DNA from: Minisyncoccia bacterium | Lineage (GTDB): Bacteria; Patescibacteriota; Minisyncoccia; Phycocordibacterales; UBA9973 | Reading direction: 5' to 3' | Assembly: GCA_038249055.1 (NCBI GenBank) | Contig: JBBRWS010000001.1 | Coordinates: forward strand, 78,244-142,243 | Length of the DNA: 64,000 bases | Shown: positions 29,306-40,773 of the stretch, one piece after another | Layout: every line of letters begins with the position of its first letter | Position numbering within the stretch: position 1 is the first letter of the stretch | Translations under genes and position numbers: made by a program | The notes under the pieces: generated by a model | Databases searched by the model: none | Told to the model about the DNA's origin: nothing | What the model saw: only the letters and a program-made list of their open reading frames with translations

Positions 29306-30337
29306 ATGGAACACGAAAAACAAAATGAAGTGTTATTAGAAAACAAAGAAGAAATATCAAATCACTTACTTGAGGTTAAGGCGGTTAAAAAGGACCGTAT
29401 ACTTTCTGCAAGTATTTTAATCTCTTCTATTATTTTAGGTGGAGCTTTAATCTATACTGTAGGACCTAAGAGTTCGACAGGACAGAGTGCAAATGCTGCG
29501 GGACAACAAACACCATTATCGGAATTAGAAGGAAAAGTTTTACCAGCAAAGGGTGTAACACTGCCTGTGGTTTGGGGCGATCTAGGAGCAAAATTAGTAG
29601 ATGCTGGCGTTATTGATGCAGATAAATTCAAATCAATCTACGAACAAAGAGGTCAGTTTACAGAAGAATATAGAAAATTACTTCTTGACCAAAACAATGG
29701 AAAAATAAAAATAACGAAAGAAAATTCTGGTTATATTTTGAATCTATTTTGGGCTCTTGGTTTAGCGAACAAGAATGAGATATTAGAAAAAGGAGAAATG
29801 GTAGATCCTCAGTATGGAGGGGCAAAAGGATTTGCTTCAACTGGAGGTTGGACTATTGCTAAAGGTGGAGCAATGGAACATTACAGTAAACATACACTAG
29901 TTAATCTGACACCTGAACAGCAAGCCCTTGTAGATAAAGTATCTCGTGGTATATATCGTCCATGTTGTGGTAATTCAGTTCATTTTCCTGATTGTAATCA
30001 CGGAATGGCAATGCTTGGATTGCTTGAGTTAATGGCTTCACAAGGTGTTAGTGAACAAGATATGTGGAATACAGCACTAACTGTCAATTCATACTGGTTC
30101 CCAAATAATTACCTAACTATTGCTACTTACATGCAAAGTAAAGGTATTGATTGGAAGAATGTTAATCCACAAGAAATGCTAAGTGCACAGTATTCTAGTT
30201 CTAGAGGTTATGCCAATATTGCTTCTCAAGTAACACAGCCTAGTAGTCAGAGTGCTGGTGGAAGTGGTTGTGGTTTAGGTGATGCTGGTGCGTCTGCTCC
30301 TGCCCCTCAAAGTCAGCAGACTGGTTGCGGGTTGTAA
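29306..30337 (+). CDS. Membrane-anchored Cys-rich hypothetical protein
   Basis: One TM, PCCGNSVHFPDCNHGMAM, two GCGL motifs at the C-terminus. Confidence 0.75.
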   Translation: MEHEKQNEVLLENKEEISNHLLEVKAVKKDRILSASILISSIILGGALIYTVGPKSSTGQSANAAGQQTPLSELEGKVLPAKGVTLPVVWGDLGAKLVDAGVIDADKFKSIYEQRGQFTEEYRKLLLDQNNGKIKITKENSGYILNLFWALGLANKNEILEKGEMVDPQYGGAKGFASTGGWTIAKGGAMEHYSKHTLVNLTPEQQALVDKVSRGIYRPCCGNSVHFPDCNHGMAMLGLLELMASQGVSEQDMWNTALTVNSYWFPNNYLTIATYMQSKGIDWKNVNPQEMLSAQYSSSRGYANIASQVTQPSSQSAGGSGCGLGDAGASAPAPQSQQTGCGL

Positions 30338-30353
30338 TTAAATACATTGATTT

Positions 30354-30587
30354 ATGAAAGAAAAAATAATTCATCAGCTTAAGATTGAAGAAAACAAGAT
30401 TAAAAGAATAATCAAAGCTATTGATAGTAATAAATGTATAGATGATGTTCTTGTTCATATAAGTGATGCTAAGAAAACATTATTAACTATTAGATGTATG
30501 ATTTTACAAGAATATCTATTAAAGGTTGCAAAACAAAACAACTTTCCTAAAAATAAAGTTCTTAAATATTACAAATTAACAAACTAA
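30354..30587 (+). CDS. CsoR/RcnR-like metal-sensing repressor (degenerate)
   Basis: Helical pattern LKIEENKIKRIIKAI...C.DDVL.HI; matching operator at 26909. Confidence 0.6.
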   Translation: MKEKIIHQLKIEENKIKRIIKAIDSNKCIDDVLVHISDAKKTLLTIRCMILQEYLLKVAKQNNFPKNKVLKYYKLTN

Positions 30588-30609
30588 AATATGAAAAACT
30601 ATTATTGAA

Positions 30610-32376
30610 ATGAATAAAATTATGAAAAATAAAGAATTTAAAAAAGTAAAACTTAAAATCCATGGTATGCACTGTGCAAGCTGTGAAGTCTTGATAGAAC
30701 GAAAATTCAAAAATGTTTCTGGGGTAGAAAAAGTTAATATTAATCATGCAAGTGGACACGCGGAACTCATATGTTCACAGGAACCAAATCTAAAACAATT
30801 AAATAGTCTAGTTAATGATGATGGTTATCATGTAACTACTTGGGAAGATCGTAATGAAAGTATTCCTGATAATCTTGTTAAAAAAAATAAAGCGATTGAT
30901 TACTTACAGATGGGGTGGATTTTCCTAATAATTGTTTCTTTATATTTTATATTGAAACAATTTGATTTTCTTCCAAGTATTTCTGTTGATGGCAGTATGA
31001 GTTATGGTGTTATATTTGTTATTGGATTAGTAGCGGCTGTTTCTTCGTGTATAGCTGTAGTCGGAGGGTTATTATTAGCACTTGCGGAAAAATATAACGA
31101 AGCACATCCTAATCTTACTGGAGTTCAAAAATTTAAACCACACATATACTTCAACATTGGACGTGTTTTAGGATATACAGTGTTTGGTGCTTTAGTAGGA
31201 GCATTGGGTTCAGTCTTTACACTTTCTCCAAGAGCCAATGGATTCCTTATGGTATTTGTAAGTATCATAATGCTCATGCTTGGATTCCAATTATTAAATC
31301 TGTTTCCACAATTAAGAAGATTTAGTCCAAGAATGCCAAAATGGATTAGTCACAAAATTCATGATTTAAGTGGAAAAGATAATAAAGGTGCCCCAATGAC
31401 GCTGGGTGCCCTAACCTTCTTTCTTCCTTGTGGATTCACTCAAGCATTACAGTTATATGTTTTAGCTAGTGGTGATTGGAAAGTTGGAGCATTAACAATG
31501 CTTGTGTTCTCTTTGGGAACAATGCCAGCATTAGTGTCATTAAGTGCGGTATCTAGTTTTGCAAAAGGTGTATTTCAAAAACACTTCCTTCGGTTTGCAG
31601 GGGTCTTAGTTGTTATGCTTGCGTTGTTCAACATAAATAATGGGATAACTCTTGCTGGATACAATTTTAATCCAGCCGCAATTTTTGCTTCAAAATCAAG
31701 TGGTACAGAAAGTTCCAATATGCCTAAAGCAGAAATAGTGGATGGAAAACAAATTGTCAGAATGAAAGTTAGTGGTTACACTTATACTCCTAATAAATTC
31801 ACAGTTGTTGAGGGTATCCCTGTTGAATGGCAAATCGATGGAGCTTCTGCATCTGGTTGTGGAAAGGTAGTTGTTATGCCATCCTTGGGATTAAGTAAAT
31901 ATTTGTCACCTGAAGGTATTACAACAATAAACTTTACTCCAACACAAACAGGGACAATCCCATTTAACTGTAGTATGGGAATGATGACACGTGGATCTCA
32001 ATTTACGGTAATCCCAAACACTACTGGAATCGTTGGTGCAAAAATAGAAACCCCAGTGGAAACACCAACACCAGCATGTGATCCTGCTGTCTCAAAATGT
32101 CCAGATACTCAAAAACTCTCTATTGAAGTTTCTCAAGAAAAAGGTGTTTACCCTAGATCATTAACTGCTAAAAAAGGGGTACCGATTGAATTAACAATAA
32201 ATAATAAAGTTGCACTTGGTGGCTGTATGTCTATTTGGGTTATACCTAAATACAATATTACTATGCCAATGAAAATTGGTGTTATTAAAAATACTTTTAC
32301 ACCGACAGAAACTGGCGTCTTAAATATTACTTGTAGTATGGGGTCGAAAATGGCTGAAATAATTATTAAGGATTAA
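30610..32376 (+). CDS. HMA + DsbD_2/TauE-like membrane domain + two cupredoxin-like domains
   Basis: GMHCASC; SSCIAVVGG and FLPCGF TM motifs; FNCSMGM and ITCSMG. Confidence 0.85.
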   Translation: MNKIMKNKEFKKVKLKIHGMHCASCEVLIERKFKNVSGVEKVNINHASGHAELICSQEPNLKQLNSLVNDDGYHVTTWEDRNESIPDNLVKKNKAIDYLQMGWIFLIIVSLYFILKQFDFLPSISVDGSMSYGVIFVIGLVAAVSSCIAVVGGLLLALAEKYNEAHPNLTGVQKFKPHIYFNIGRVLGYTVFGALVGALGSVFTLSPRANGFLMVFVSIIMLMLGFQLLNLFPQLRRFSPRMPKWISHKIHDLSGKDNKGAPMTLGALTFFLPCGFTQALQLYVLASGDWKVGALTMLVFSLGTMPALVSLSAVSSFAKGVFQKHFLRFAGVLVVMLALFNINNGITLAGYNFNPAAIFASKSSGTESSNMPKAEIVDGKQIVRMKVSGYTYTPNKFTVVEGIPVEWQIDGASASGCGKVVVMPSLGLSKYLSPEGITTINFTPTQTGTIPFNCSMGMMTRGSQFTVIPNTTGIVGAKIETPVETPTPACDPAVSKCPDTQKLSIEVSQEKGVYPRSLTAKKGVPIELTINNKVALGGCMSIWVIPKYNITMPMKIGVIKNTFTPTETGVLNITCSMGSKMAEIIIKD

Positions 32377-32389
32377 ATAAAATAAATAT

Positions 32390-32605
32390 ATGAATAAAAA
32401 TATTGTTTTTACAATAAAAGGCACTCACTGTAACTCTTGCAAAATATTGATTGAAGATGTTTGTAAGGATATTAAAGGAGTTAAATCGTGTTGTGTGGAT
32501 GTTCAAACAGGAAAAACATTATTAGAATATGATAAAAATTTTGACTTTGCTGTTTTTAAAAAAGAGGTCGAGGAATTAGGTCAGTATAAAGTAGAAATTA
32601 ATTAA
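32390..32605 (+). CDS. copZ: Copper chaperone (HMA)
   Basis: 71 aa, GTHCNSC. Confidence 0.8.
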   Translation: MNKNIVFTIKGTHCNSCKILIEDVCKDIKGVKSCCVDVQTGKTLLEYDKNFDFAVFKKEVEELGQYKVEIN

Positions 32606-32606
32606 T

Positions 32607-35600
32607 ATGAATACAAATAAGTTATCCTTCTTAATAGAAGGAATGCATTGCGGTTCTTGTGAAATAATTATCAAGAATGAGTTGTCTGAATTACTTGGAG
32701 TAAGTGATATTTCTGTTAATTCTAAATTAGGGATAGCCGAGTTAACTCTTGATAGTTCAAAAAATAGCATTGAAGATGTCGTTTCAGCAATAAAACAAGC
32801 TGGATATAATGCCGAACTTCAATCTGAATCAAAAACTGAAGATGATAAAAAGGATGTAACAATCTCAACAAATTATTCGGATAGCAAAGAACCTTTAAAA
32901 ATTAAATTGGAATCAAAAACTTTAGCAGAGGGAAAAGTTTTAGAGGATGATAATGGAAAACATTATTTTGATGGGGTCATTAAAACTGATCGTTCCGCAG
33001 AATTTACAATTCCTGAGAACTCTCCTGAGATTGATAATTTGGTTGGTCAGTTGAGTAAAACAACTACTATCGCTCGATTGTTTGATATCGTATCAGGTGA
33101 AAGTTCTAATAAAGAAATAGTCAAACTTCCTCAATCTCAAAATAAATCCAGTGGAATAATACCTGTTGTGACTGAAAGCAATTCTAATCAAAGAATCAGT
33201 TTGTCTCTTTTTGGTATGCATTGTTCTTCATGTGCAAACATCATTGAACGGTCTTTAAAGAAAGTGCCAGGTGTTAAACAAGCTAATGTTAACTTTGCTG
33301 CAGAAAAAGCAAGTATTGTTTATGATCAATCACAAGCAACAACACAGAATTTAATTGACGCTATAGGCAAGGCTGGCTATAAAGCAGAATTAGTTGATTC
33401 GAAAGATGGAGATTATGAACGCAAAAAACGTGAAAAACAAACTAATTTATTCTTTAAATTATTTTGGTATAGTTTTGCTTTGAGTGTCCCAATGTTGTAC
33501 TTCATGCTACTAGATTTCTTTGCCATACCAGGGAAAACAGCAGTTCTGCCGTATGTTGGTATTATTTCTCTTGTATTAACTATCCCAATTCAATTTATAA
33601 TTGGATCAGGTTTTTATAAAGGAATGTGGTCATCGCTCAAAATGAAAACGTTCAATATGGACAGTTTGATTGCTATTGGTACATCCACAGCTTTCTTTTA
33701 TAGTTTATTTAATTTTGTAAATTACTTTGTAAAAACTGGATCATTAATAGGTCTTAATGGAAAAATTCCAGAGTTATATTTTGAGACAGCAGCATTTTTA
33801 ATCACATTTGTCATTCTTGGAAAATGGTTAGAAATAAGAACAAAGAGTAAAACAGGAGATGCTATTAAAAAATTGATGGGGTTACAAGCTAAAACTGCAC
33901 GTGTAATTAGAAACGGAGTTACCATTGATGTGCCAGTTGAAGATGTAATACATGGTGATATCATTATGGTTCGTCCAGGTGAAAAAATACCTGTAGATGG
34001 AAAAATAACGAAAGGAATATCTGCAATAGATGAATCAATGATTACAGGTGAAAGTCTACCTGTTGAAAAGAAAGTTGGAGATAATGTAATTGGAAGTACA
34101 GTAAACAAAACAGGTAGTTTTGAATTTGAAGCTACTAAGGTTGGAAGTGAAACGGCTTTAGCTCAAATAATCCGATTGATTGAAGATGCTCAAGGTTCAA
34201 AAGCTCCAATTCAAGGATTTTCAGATAGAATATCTGCAGTCTTTGTGCCGATAGTTATTGGTATTGCAATACTAACTTTTGTAGTTTGGTATTTGTTTTT
34301 AGGATCAACACTAGCTTTTGCATTAATGGCATTTACTGCCGTAATTGTAATAGCCTGTCCTTGTGCCTTAGGTTTAGCTACACCAACATCATTGATGGTT
34401 GGTACAGGTAAAGGTGCTGAATACGGTATCTTAATAAAGGGTGGCGAACCATTAGAAGCAGCTTGTCACATAAATACTGTTGTGTTTGATAAAACTGGTA
34501 CTTTAACAAAAGGTAAACCAGAAGTTACAGATATTATTTCTTTTGAAAGTACAGATGAAGATGAAATATTAACAATTTCTGCAAGCCTAGAGAGATTGTC
34601 AGAACATCCTTTAGCAGAAGCAATTTATACTTATGCAAATGAAGAATCAGTTAGCTTAGATGAGGTTAAAGACTTTTCAGCTATTCCAGGGCATGGTGTA
34701 AAAGGTACAATTGATAATACCGAATATTATTTTGGAAATCGTCGTTTGATCATAGATATCCTTGGTCTTTCTATTAGTAAAGTTGATCGCAAGTTAACTA
34801 AATTAGAAGAGCAAGGAAAAACAGCGATGATTCTAGCTACTAAAGAAAAAATATTAGGTGCTGTTGCTGTTGCTGACACTGTGAAGCCTACCTCTTTTGA
34901 GGCTGTAGCTAAATTGAAAAAAATGGGAATCACAGTATATATGATTACTGGTGATAATGAACGAACTGCCAGAGCAATTGCTTCTCAAGTTGGAATTGAA
35001 AATGTTTTAGCTGAAGTATTACCAGAAGACAAAGCAAATGAAGTTAAAAAACTTCAACAAAACAACAATAAAGTTGCGATGGTCGGAGATGGTATCAATG
35101 ATGCCCCTGCTCTTGCACAAGCGAATCTTGGTATAGCCATGGGTTCTGGAACTGATGTAGCTATGGAAACAGGAGGTATTGTGATAATGAAAAATGATTT
35201 AAATGATGTTGTTACTGCATTTCAATTATCAAGAGAAACAATGTGGAAGATTAAACAAAATATGTTTTTTGCATTATTCTATAACATAATTGGAATACCT
35301 ATTGCAGCCCGTATATTTATAGGTTTTGGACTAGTCTTAAAACCTGAATTAGCTGGTCTTGCAATGGCGTTAAGTTCTATTTCAGTAGTTGGTAATTCCT
35401 TATTATTAAAATACTTTAAACCAAATAAGAGAAATTATATATCATTAATTGCTCCGCTTGTGATGGTCCTTGTATTTACATTTGGATTTATAGAATTTGC
35501 TAAATTAAGTTCAGGTATGGAAAATGAAGGACCTAAACCAATGGTATCTATTGAGGGTGCATCAACACTTAATACATTTATCGCAAATGGACAGACCAAG

Positions 35601-36293
35601 ATAAATTTTGCCGAAGGTAATCCTAAATTATTTTTAGGAGCAAATAGTATGCCAGGCATGTTGAAAGCTAATCAAGGTACCTTAGTTTTAGGTGATAACG
35701 AAATTATTATAGGTTACGATGAAGCAATGATGATGATAAAAGAAAACCTAATCAAAGGATCAGGAGACGTTTTGACAAACTTCTTTGGTTTGCCAAGTGT
35801 AAAAATTGTAGGAATTATTGAACCTACTGGAACATTGATTGATAGTTATCATTTCGTAAATAATGCAACATTGGCTAATATGACAAATGGAGCTACTGTT
35901 AAGTATGTCGCAGAAAAAGAAATTATAAAAAGTTTCTACTTTGATGTAGCACCTGTTGCTCCATTAATAGAAGTTACAGATTGGTACGGAGTAAAAACAT
36001 TTATCAAAGATCCAAAAGTGATTGTTGATGAAAGTATCCCAACACCAGAAAAATTAAAGAATAATATTCAAGGATTTAATGAGATATATTTAGGTGATAA
36101 AAAATATTTACCTATCTATATTGGATCTAGTGAAGCAAAAATGATGATAGACGCTAAATTGTTTACAAAAGTTGGTGATACAATTGAGAATTTCTTCGGT
36201 AATAATGTAATGGTCGCAGGAATATTACCAGAAACTAAAACCAGTCTTGATACAATGCATTTTGTAGGACAAGGGTTTGTATTAGTAAAATAA
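32607..36293 (+). CDS. copA: Cu(I)-translocating P1B ATPase with C-terminal extension
   Basis: Two GMHCxSC domains, [29 protein letters not shown]. Confidence 0.95.
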   Translation: MNTNKLSFLIEGMHCGSCEIIIKNELSELLGVSDISVNSKLGIAELTLDSSKNSIEDVVSAIKQAGYNAELQSESKTEDDKKDVTISTNYSDSKEPLKIKLESKTLAEGKVLEDDNGKHYFDGVIKTDRSAEFTIPENSPEIDNLVGQLSKTTTIARLFDIVSGESSNKEIVKLPQSQNKSSGIIPVVTESNSNQRISLSLFGMHCSSCANIIERSLKKVPGVKQANVNFAAEKASIVYDQSQATTQNLIDAIGKAGYKAELVDSKDGDYERKKREKQTNLFFKLFWYSFALSVPMLYFMLLDFFAIPGKTAVLPYVGIISLVLTIPIQFIIGSGFYKGMWSSLKMKTFNMDSLIAIGTSTAFFYSLFNFVNYFVKTGSLIGLNGKIPELYFETAAFLITFVILGKWLEIRTKSKTGDAIKKLMGLQAKTARVIRNGVTIDVPVEDVIHGDIIMVRPGEKIPVDGKITKGISAIDESMITGESLPVEKKVGDNVIGSTVNKTGSFEFEATKVGSETALAQIIRLIEDAQGSKAPIQGFSDRISAVFVPIVIGIAILTFVVWYLFLGSTLAFALMAFTAVIVIACPCALGLATPTSLMVGTGKGAEYGILIKGGEPLEAACHINTVVFDKTGTLTKGKPEVTDIISFESTDEDEILTISASLERLSEHPLAEAIYTYANEESVSLDEVKDFSAIPGHGVKGTIDNTEYYFGNRRLIIDILGLSISKVDRKLTKLEEQGKTAMILATKEKILGAVAVADTVKPTSFEAVAKLKKMGITVYMITGDNERTARAIASQVGIENVLAEVLPEDKANEVKKLQQNNNKVAMVGDGINDAPALAQANLGIAMGSGTDVAMETGGIVIMKNDLNDVVTAFQLSRETMWKIKQNMFFALFYNIIGIPIAARIFIGFGLVLKPELAGLAMALSSISVVGNSLLLKYFKPNKRNYISLIAPLVMVLVFTFGFIEFAKLSSGMENEGPKPMVSIEGASTLNTFIANGQTKINFAEGNPKLFLGANSMPGMLKANQGTLVLGDNEIIIGYDEAMMMIKENLIKGSGDVLTNFFGLPSVKIVGIIEPTGTLIDSYHFVNNATLANMTNGATVKYVAEKEIIKSFYFDVAPVAPLIEVTDWYGVKTFIKDPKVIVDESIPTPEKLKNNIQGFNEIYLGDKKYLPIYIGSSEAKMMIDAKLFTKVGDTIENFFGNNVMVAGILPETKTSLDTMHFVGQGFVLVK

Positions 36294-36308
36294 ATTAAAT
36301 ATAAAAAT

Positions 36309-36710
36309 ATGAACAAAAAAATTGTTTTTTCATTATTTGGAGTTGTAATAGTTGGATTATCTATTCTCCTGTTGAAAGGTAGCAATATTGTACCCTCCAT
36401 TAAAGTAAATAATCAGCTTATTAGTAATGATAGTGTTGTTGTGGAGAGTGTAACAGCAGTATCTCCTAGTTGGCTTGTTATACAGACAGAGACTAATGGA
36501 ATACAGGGTCCTGTAATTGGATATACTAAAATCAATAAAGGTGAGAACAAAAATATCAGTGTTAAAATCGATTCAGGTCAAAAAACTCCTAAGCTCTTTG
36601 CTATGATACATGAAGATAATGGTGAAAAAAATAAATTTGATTTCCCTGATAATGATATGCCATTATTTTATAATGGTGAAATGGTTCTCCAATTATTTTC
36701 TATTGAATAA
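36309..36710 (+). CDS. Secreted/anchored beta-sandwich protein
   Basis: Signal anchor; WLVIQ...GPVIG...AMIHEDNG. Confidence 0.65.
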   Translation: MNKKIVFSLFGVVIVGLSILLLKGSNIVPSIKVNNQLISNDSVVVESVTAVSPSWLVIQTETNGIQGPVIGYTKINKGENKNISVKIDSGQKTPKLFAMIHEDNGEKNKFDFPDNDMPLFYNGEMVLQLFSIE

Positions 36711-36761
36711 TAGTTTCAAAGTATTATAATTAATACATTAACAGATTAACACCTAATTAAA

Positions 36762-36983
36762 ATGAAATTATCAAAATTATTACATGTAGCTAGTATTGTT
36801 GTAGGAGTAACTGGGATTATTGTGTTTATAAGTGCAATTATCGGAGGTTCTGATAATGTTGTATTTGGTATAACTAAGTTTGATGCTTTGGCTTGTGCTG
36901 GTGTAATTATTCTTATAGCAATATGGCTTGGAATCGGGACAATTCATCATGTAATACTTGAAAGAAAAGGAGAAATTCTGTAA
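36762..36983 (+). CDS. Small 2-TM membrane protein
   Basis: 73 aa hydrophobic ORF with upstream TATAAT. Confidence 0.65.
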   Translation: MKLSKLLHVASIVVGVTGIIVFISAIIGGSDNVVFGITKFDALACAGVIILIAIWLGIGTIHHVILERKGEIL

Positions 36984-37037
36984 TTTTTAACAAATAAAAT
37001 AGTCGTCATTATTAAGATAATTAAATTATAAAAAATT

Positions 37038-37277
37038 ATGATGTACGGAATATATAATGGGTGGGGTACGGGAAGTATGATGGGCTGGTTTGGTGGTAGT
37101 ATTATGATGGTTTTGTTTTGGGGAGCAATTATTTATTTCATTGTTTGGCTTGTTCATAATAATAAAACAAATGGAGAAAGTGGAAAGAAGTCCATTGATA
37201 TCTTAAAAGAACGATACGCCAAAGGTGAAATTGATAAAAAAGAATTTGAAGAAAAGAAAAAAGATTTAACTTCTTAA
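37038..37277 (+). CDS. SHOCT-domain membrane protein
   Basis: Met/Gly-rich N-terminus, [22 protein letters not shown]. Confidence 0.85.
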   Translation: MMYGIYNGWGTGSMMGWFGGSIMMVLFWGAIIYFIVWLVHNNKTNGESGKKSIDILKERYAKGEIDKKEFEEKKKDLTS

Positions 37278-37394
37278 AAATTGAGATTGCTATATCGTGT
37301 AGTTATCATAGAGAAAACGTGTTAATATTTAATTATATTAACACGTTTTCAATTTAGTCGGATTAAATATTTTTAGATTAAATAATAAAAAAAT

Positions 37395-39635
37395 ATGAAT
37401 CATAACCATACTCACTCGATGGAAGGAGAAGAGAAAGCGATATATACCTGTGTCATGCATCCAGAAGTTCTTTCTGACAAGCCTGGTGTTTGTCCTAAGT
37501 GCGGAATGGTGCTTGTTAAAAAAGAAGAGGAAAAAATGGTTCACGATGTTCATTCTGGACATACGATGAGCAATCCATCAAAAATAAGTTTTTGGCAAAA
37601 ATTTAAAATGAGTATGTCTATGACTATGGGCATGGATCACACGGGTCTAGCTGGTCGAGAAATGTCTCGTCTTATGGAAATAGATATTCGTAATAAATTC
37701 TTTTTTTCTTTGATACTTACAATTCCAATAATTTTATATTCACCTCTAGGAACTGAATATCTAAAACTTAATCTACCATCTCCACTTCCTATTCCTTGGC
37801 TTCTTTTTGCTTTAACTACACCAGTATTTTTATATTCTGGATGGATTTTTCTATATTCAACATACTTCGCGTTGCGAGATAAGATGCTTAATATGGCAGT
37901 TCTTATTGCAGTCGGAATCACAGCAGCTTACGGCTTTAGTGTTTTACTAACCATACTTGGAAGTAGTGATTCGTATTATGAAGCTGCGGCTATGTTGATA
38001 ACATTTGTTCTCTTTGGTCATTGGATGGAAATGAAATCTCGTAGAGGGACGACTGATGCCTTGCAAGCACTATTTAATCTTGTACCTCCTCAGGCTAGAG
38101 TCTATAAAGATGGCAAAGAAATAATGGTTTCTACTTCTGACATACAACTAGGAGATATTGTTATCCTTAAACCAGGTGATAAAGTTCCTGTTGATGGAGA
38201 AATTATTGAAGGTGAAACCGCTATTGATGAATCTTTAGTTACAGGAGAATCAATTCCTACTTCTAAAAATATTGGGGATAAAGTAATTGGAGGATCAATC
38301 AATGTTACAGGTTCAGTAAAATTTAAGGCAACAAAAATCGGTAAGGATACTGCCTTAGCTCGAATTGTCGCAATGGTTGAAAAAGCACAAAATTCTAAAG
38401 CTCCAGGACAAAGACTAGCAGATAAATTTGCAAAATATCTTGTTATTGCAGCAGTAGGTTCAGGTCTTTTGGTATTTATTATTTGGTATTTTATTATTGG
38501 ATCACCACTTCTTTTAGCTCTCTCTTTTGCTATAGCCACAGTTGTTATTGCTTGCCCAGATGCTCTAGGATTGGCTACTCCGACCGCTGTTGCTGTTGGT
38601 ACAGGTCTCGGTGCTAAACATAATATTCTTATAAAAGATGCACCTACCCTTGAGCAGGTTTCAAAAATTCAAGCAATTGTTATGGATAAAACAGGTACGC
38701 TCACCGAGGGAAAACCAAAAGTAACCGATGTCGCAACAGTAGAAGGATTCGAATCAAACGAAGCACTTCGTCTAGTTGGTGCAGCCGAAGCAAAATCATC
38801 TCATCCATTAGCTGGTGCTGTTTTAGATGAGCTTAAGGTTCGCAATCTTACTCTACCAGAATCTGTTGAGAAGTTTGAAAATCTTTCAGGGCTTGGAGTA
38901 AAAGCTGTTGTTGATGGAAAAACTTTGCTGATAGGTACAGTTAAGTTAATGAAAGAGAATAATATTCCATTAGGTGTTTTGGAACAAAAAATAAATGAGT
39001 TTTTGGATAAAGGAGAGACGATTATGATTTTAGCTGTTGATGGAATGATTAAGGCTGTTGTTGGAGCACAAGATCCAATAAAACTTAATGCTTTAAAAGC
39101 AGTTGAGCGGATGAAAAAACTAGGAATTGAAATTGTCATGATCACTGGGGATAACAAAATGACTGCGGATAAGGTAGCTGGTCAAATAGGCATTCAAAGA
39201 GTTTTTGCAGAAGTTATGCCAGAAGATAAAGCCAGTTATGTTAAAAAGTTACAAGAGGAAGGTAAATTTACTGCAATGGTTGGAGATGGAGTTAATGATG
39301 CGCCTGCACTTGCTCAAGCTGATGTGGGCATTGCTATTGGTGCTGGTACTGATGTTGCTATCGAAACTGCTAAAGTCGTTCTAATGAAGTCTGACCCGTT
39401 AGACATACTTCGTGCAATTACTTTAAGTAAGGCAACTGTACGCAAAATGAAACAAAATCTTTTCTGGGCTTCAATTTATAATGTTTTAGCGATACCAATT
39501 GCAGGTGGAATTCTATATCCAAACTTTGGTATTATGCTCCGTCCAGAGTTTGCCGCACTTTTAATGAGTGTATCCTCCATAATTGTTGCAACAAATGCTG
39601 TGTTATTGAAACGAGTTGAAAAAGATCTAATATAG
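37395..39635 (+). CDS. Second heavy-metal P1B ATPase (CPD motif)
   Basis: YTCVMHP...CPKCGM domain, His/Met-rich N-terminus, TGES, CPD, DKTGT, HP, GDGVND, YN, MSVSS. Confidence 0.93.
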   Translation: MNHNHTHSMEGEEKAIYTCVMHPEVLSDKPGVCPKCGMVLVKKEEEKMVHDVHSGHTMSNPSKISFWQKFKMSMSMTMGMDHTGLAGREMSRLMEIDIRNKFFFSLILTIPIILYSPLGTEYLKLNLPSPLPIPWLLFALTTPVFLYSGWIFLYSTYFALRDKMLNMAVLIAVGITAAYGFSVLLTILGSSDSYYEAAAMLITFVLFGHWMEMKSRRGTTDALQALFNLVPPQARVYKDGKEIMVSTSDIQLGDIVILKPGDKVPVDGEIIEGETAIDESLVTGESIPTSKNIGDKVIGGSINVTGSVKFKATKIGKDTALARIVAMVEKAQNSKAPGQRLADKFAKYLVIAAVGSGLLVFIIWYFIIGSPLLLALSFAIATVVIACPDALGLATPTAVAVGTGLGAKHNILIKDAPTLEQVSKIQAIVMDKTGTLTEGKPKVTDVATVEGFESNEALRLVGAAEAKSSHPLAGAVLDELKVRNLTLPESVEKFENLSGLGVKAVVDGKTLLIGTVKLMKENNIPLGVLEQKINEFLDKGETIMILAVDGMIKAVVGAQDPIKLNALKAVERMKKLGIEIVMITGDNKMTADKVAGQIGIQRVFAEVMPEDKASYVKKLQEEGKFTAMVGDGVNDAPALAQADVGIAIGAGTDVAIETAKVVLMKSDPLDILRAITLSKATVRKMKQNLFWASIYNVLAIPIAGGILYPNFGIMLRPEFAALLMSVSSIIVATNAVLLKRVEKDLI

Positions 39636-39724
39636 GTAATAATGCAAAAAACACCTAATAGGGTGTTTTTTGGTATAAGACATTTTTTATCAAACAACTC
39701 GACGTATCTCGTGCTAGCACGTGA

Positions 39725-39799
39725 TGGTGACCCTACAGAGAATCGAACTCTGATTCCATCCTTGAGAAGGATGTGTCCTAACCGTTAGACGATAAGGCC
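39725..39799 (-). tRNA. tRNA-Glu (anticodon CTC)
   Basis: 75-nt cloverleaf GGCCTTA...TAGGGTC-A-CCA, anticodon loop TTCTCAA, T-loop TTCGATT. Confidence 0.95.
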
Positions 39800-39970
39800 G
39801 ATATTAATTACTAATTAATAATTACAAATTAAGAATTACTAACTTTATTTAATTCGTAATTATTAATTCATAATTATTATGAATACTCTTATAAAATACC
39901 AGAAATTAGGTTATTTTACAAGATTATAATTAATAAGAAAAAAGCCTGATTAATAAATAAATCAGGCTTT

Positions 39971-40207
39971 TTAAAGATAAGCATTAGAATAAAAATCAAA
40001 AAAAGCTTTTTTCGTGAATTTGATTTTTTTACTAATAGGGTAGTTATACAAATCATTTGTTAATTCAGTCTCAAACTTTTTTATTACATCTAGAGATTGA
40101 ATTTTAGTCTTTCGAAATTCATGCTCGAATTCGTCTTCAAATTCAGAATAGATAATAACTAATTTATCTATTTCTAGCGAATCATAATTCTCATCCATAT
40201 ATTTCAA
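39971..40207 (-). CDS. Hypothetical protein
   Basis: 78 aa ORF ending at a terminator hairpin. Confidence 0.45.
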   Translation of the reverse strand: MKYMDENYDSLEIDKLVIIYSEFEDEFEHEFRKTKIQSLDVIKKFETELTNDLYNYPISKKIKFTKKAFFDFYSNAYL

Positions 40208-40320
40208 ATTTAAAGTTTAATCTAATTGTTACAGTTTAAAAACAATTAGTCAAAGTTAATTTAAAAAGGTGGTTTATCTACAAAAGATAAACCACCTTAG
40301 AATTGAAAAATAAAAATAGT

Positions 40321-40518
40321 TTAGGTTGGGAATATAACATGTTCATCATCGTGATTGCGATGACGGCTTGATTTGAAGAATGTAAATTCTTCTTCCTTTT
40401 CCTTGTTGTTTAATACACTGTCTTGCTCATTTTTATTTTCTGTTTCAACTGGATTTTTTGGGGTAGGTAGCTCGCCAAAATGCAATCCTCTAACTTCTTT
40501 AAAGAAATTTTTTTTCAT
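40321..40518 (-). CDS. Hypothetical protein
   Basis: 65 aa ORF; upstream TGATAAT-like -10 and downstream hairpin. Confidence 0.5.
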   Translation of the reverse strand: MKKNFFKEVRGLHFGELPTPKNPVETENKNEQDSVLNNKEKEEEFTFFKSSRHRNHDDEHVIFPT

Positions 40519-40773
40519 AATACTCTTATGGCATCCTTTATGCCGTTTAAATGATTATTTTTAGAAATATTATCATATAATCGTTATAAATTCAACTATT
40601 TTAAATATTATGATTATTTGTTATTATAATAAGGAAGTAAAGTTCCTTGAAGTATATTGACAAATAGTGATATTTGTGATATACTATAAAGGAGTTTGAT
40701 TGATTAAGTTGGTTAATTTGAATAGGTGATTTAAGAGTCATTTATTCAAATTAACTCACTTAAAATCAAAAAT

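Noticed and set aside
33722-39157. Antisense ORFs within the ATPases and similar shadow ORFs elsewhere
   Set aside because: They are opposite-strand shadows of well-supported genes with no motifs
22375-39635. Complete prophage
   Set aside because: No portal, capsid, tail or lysis genes are recognisable
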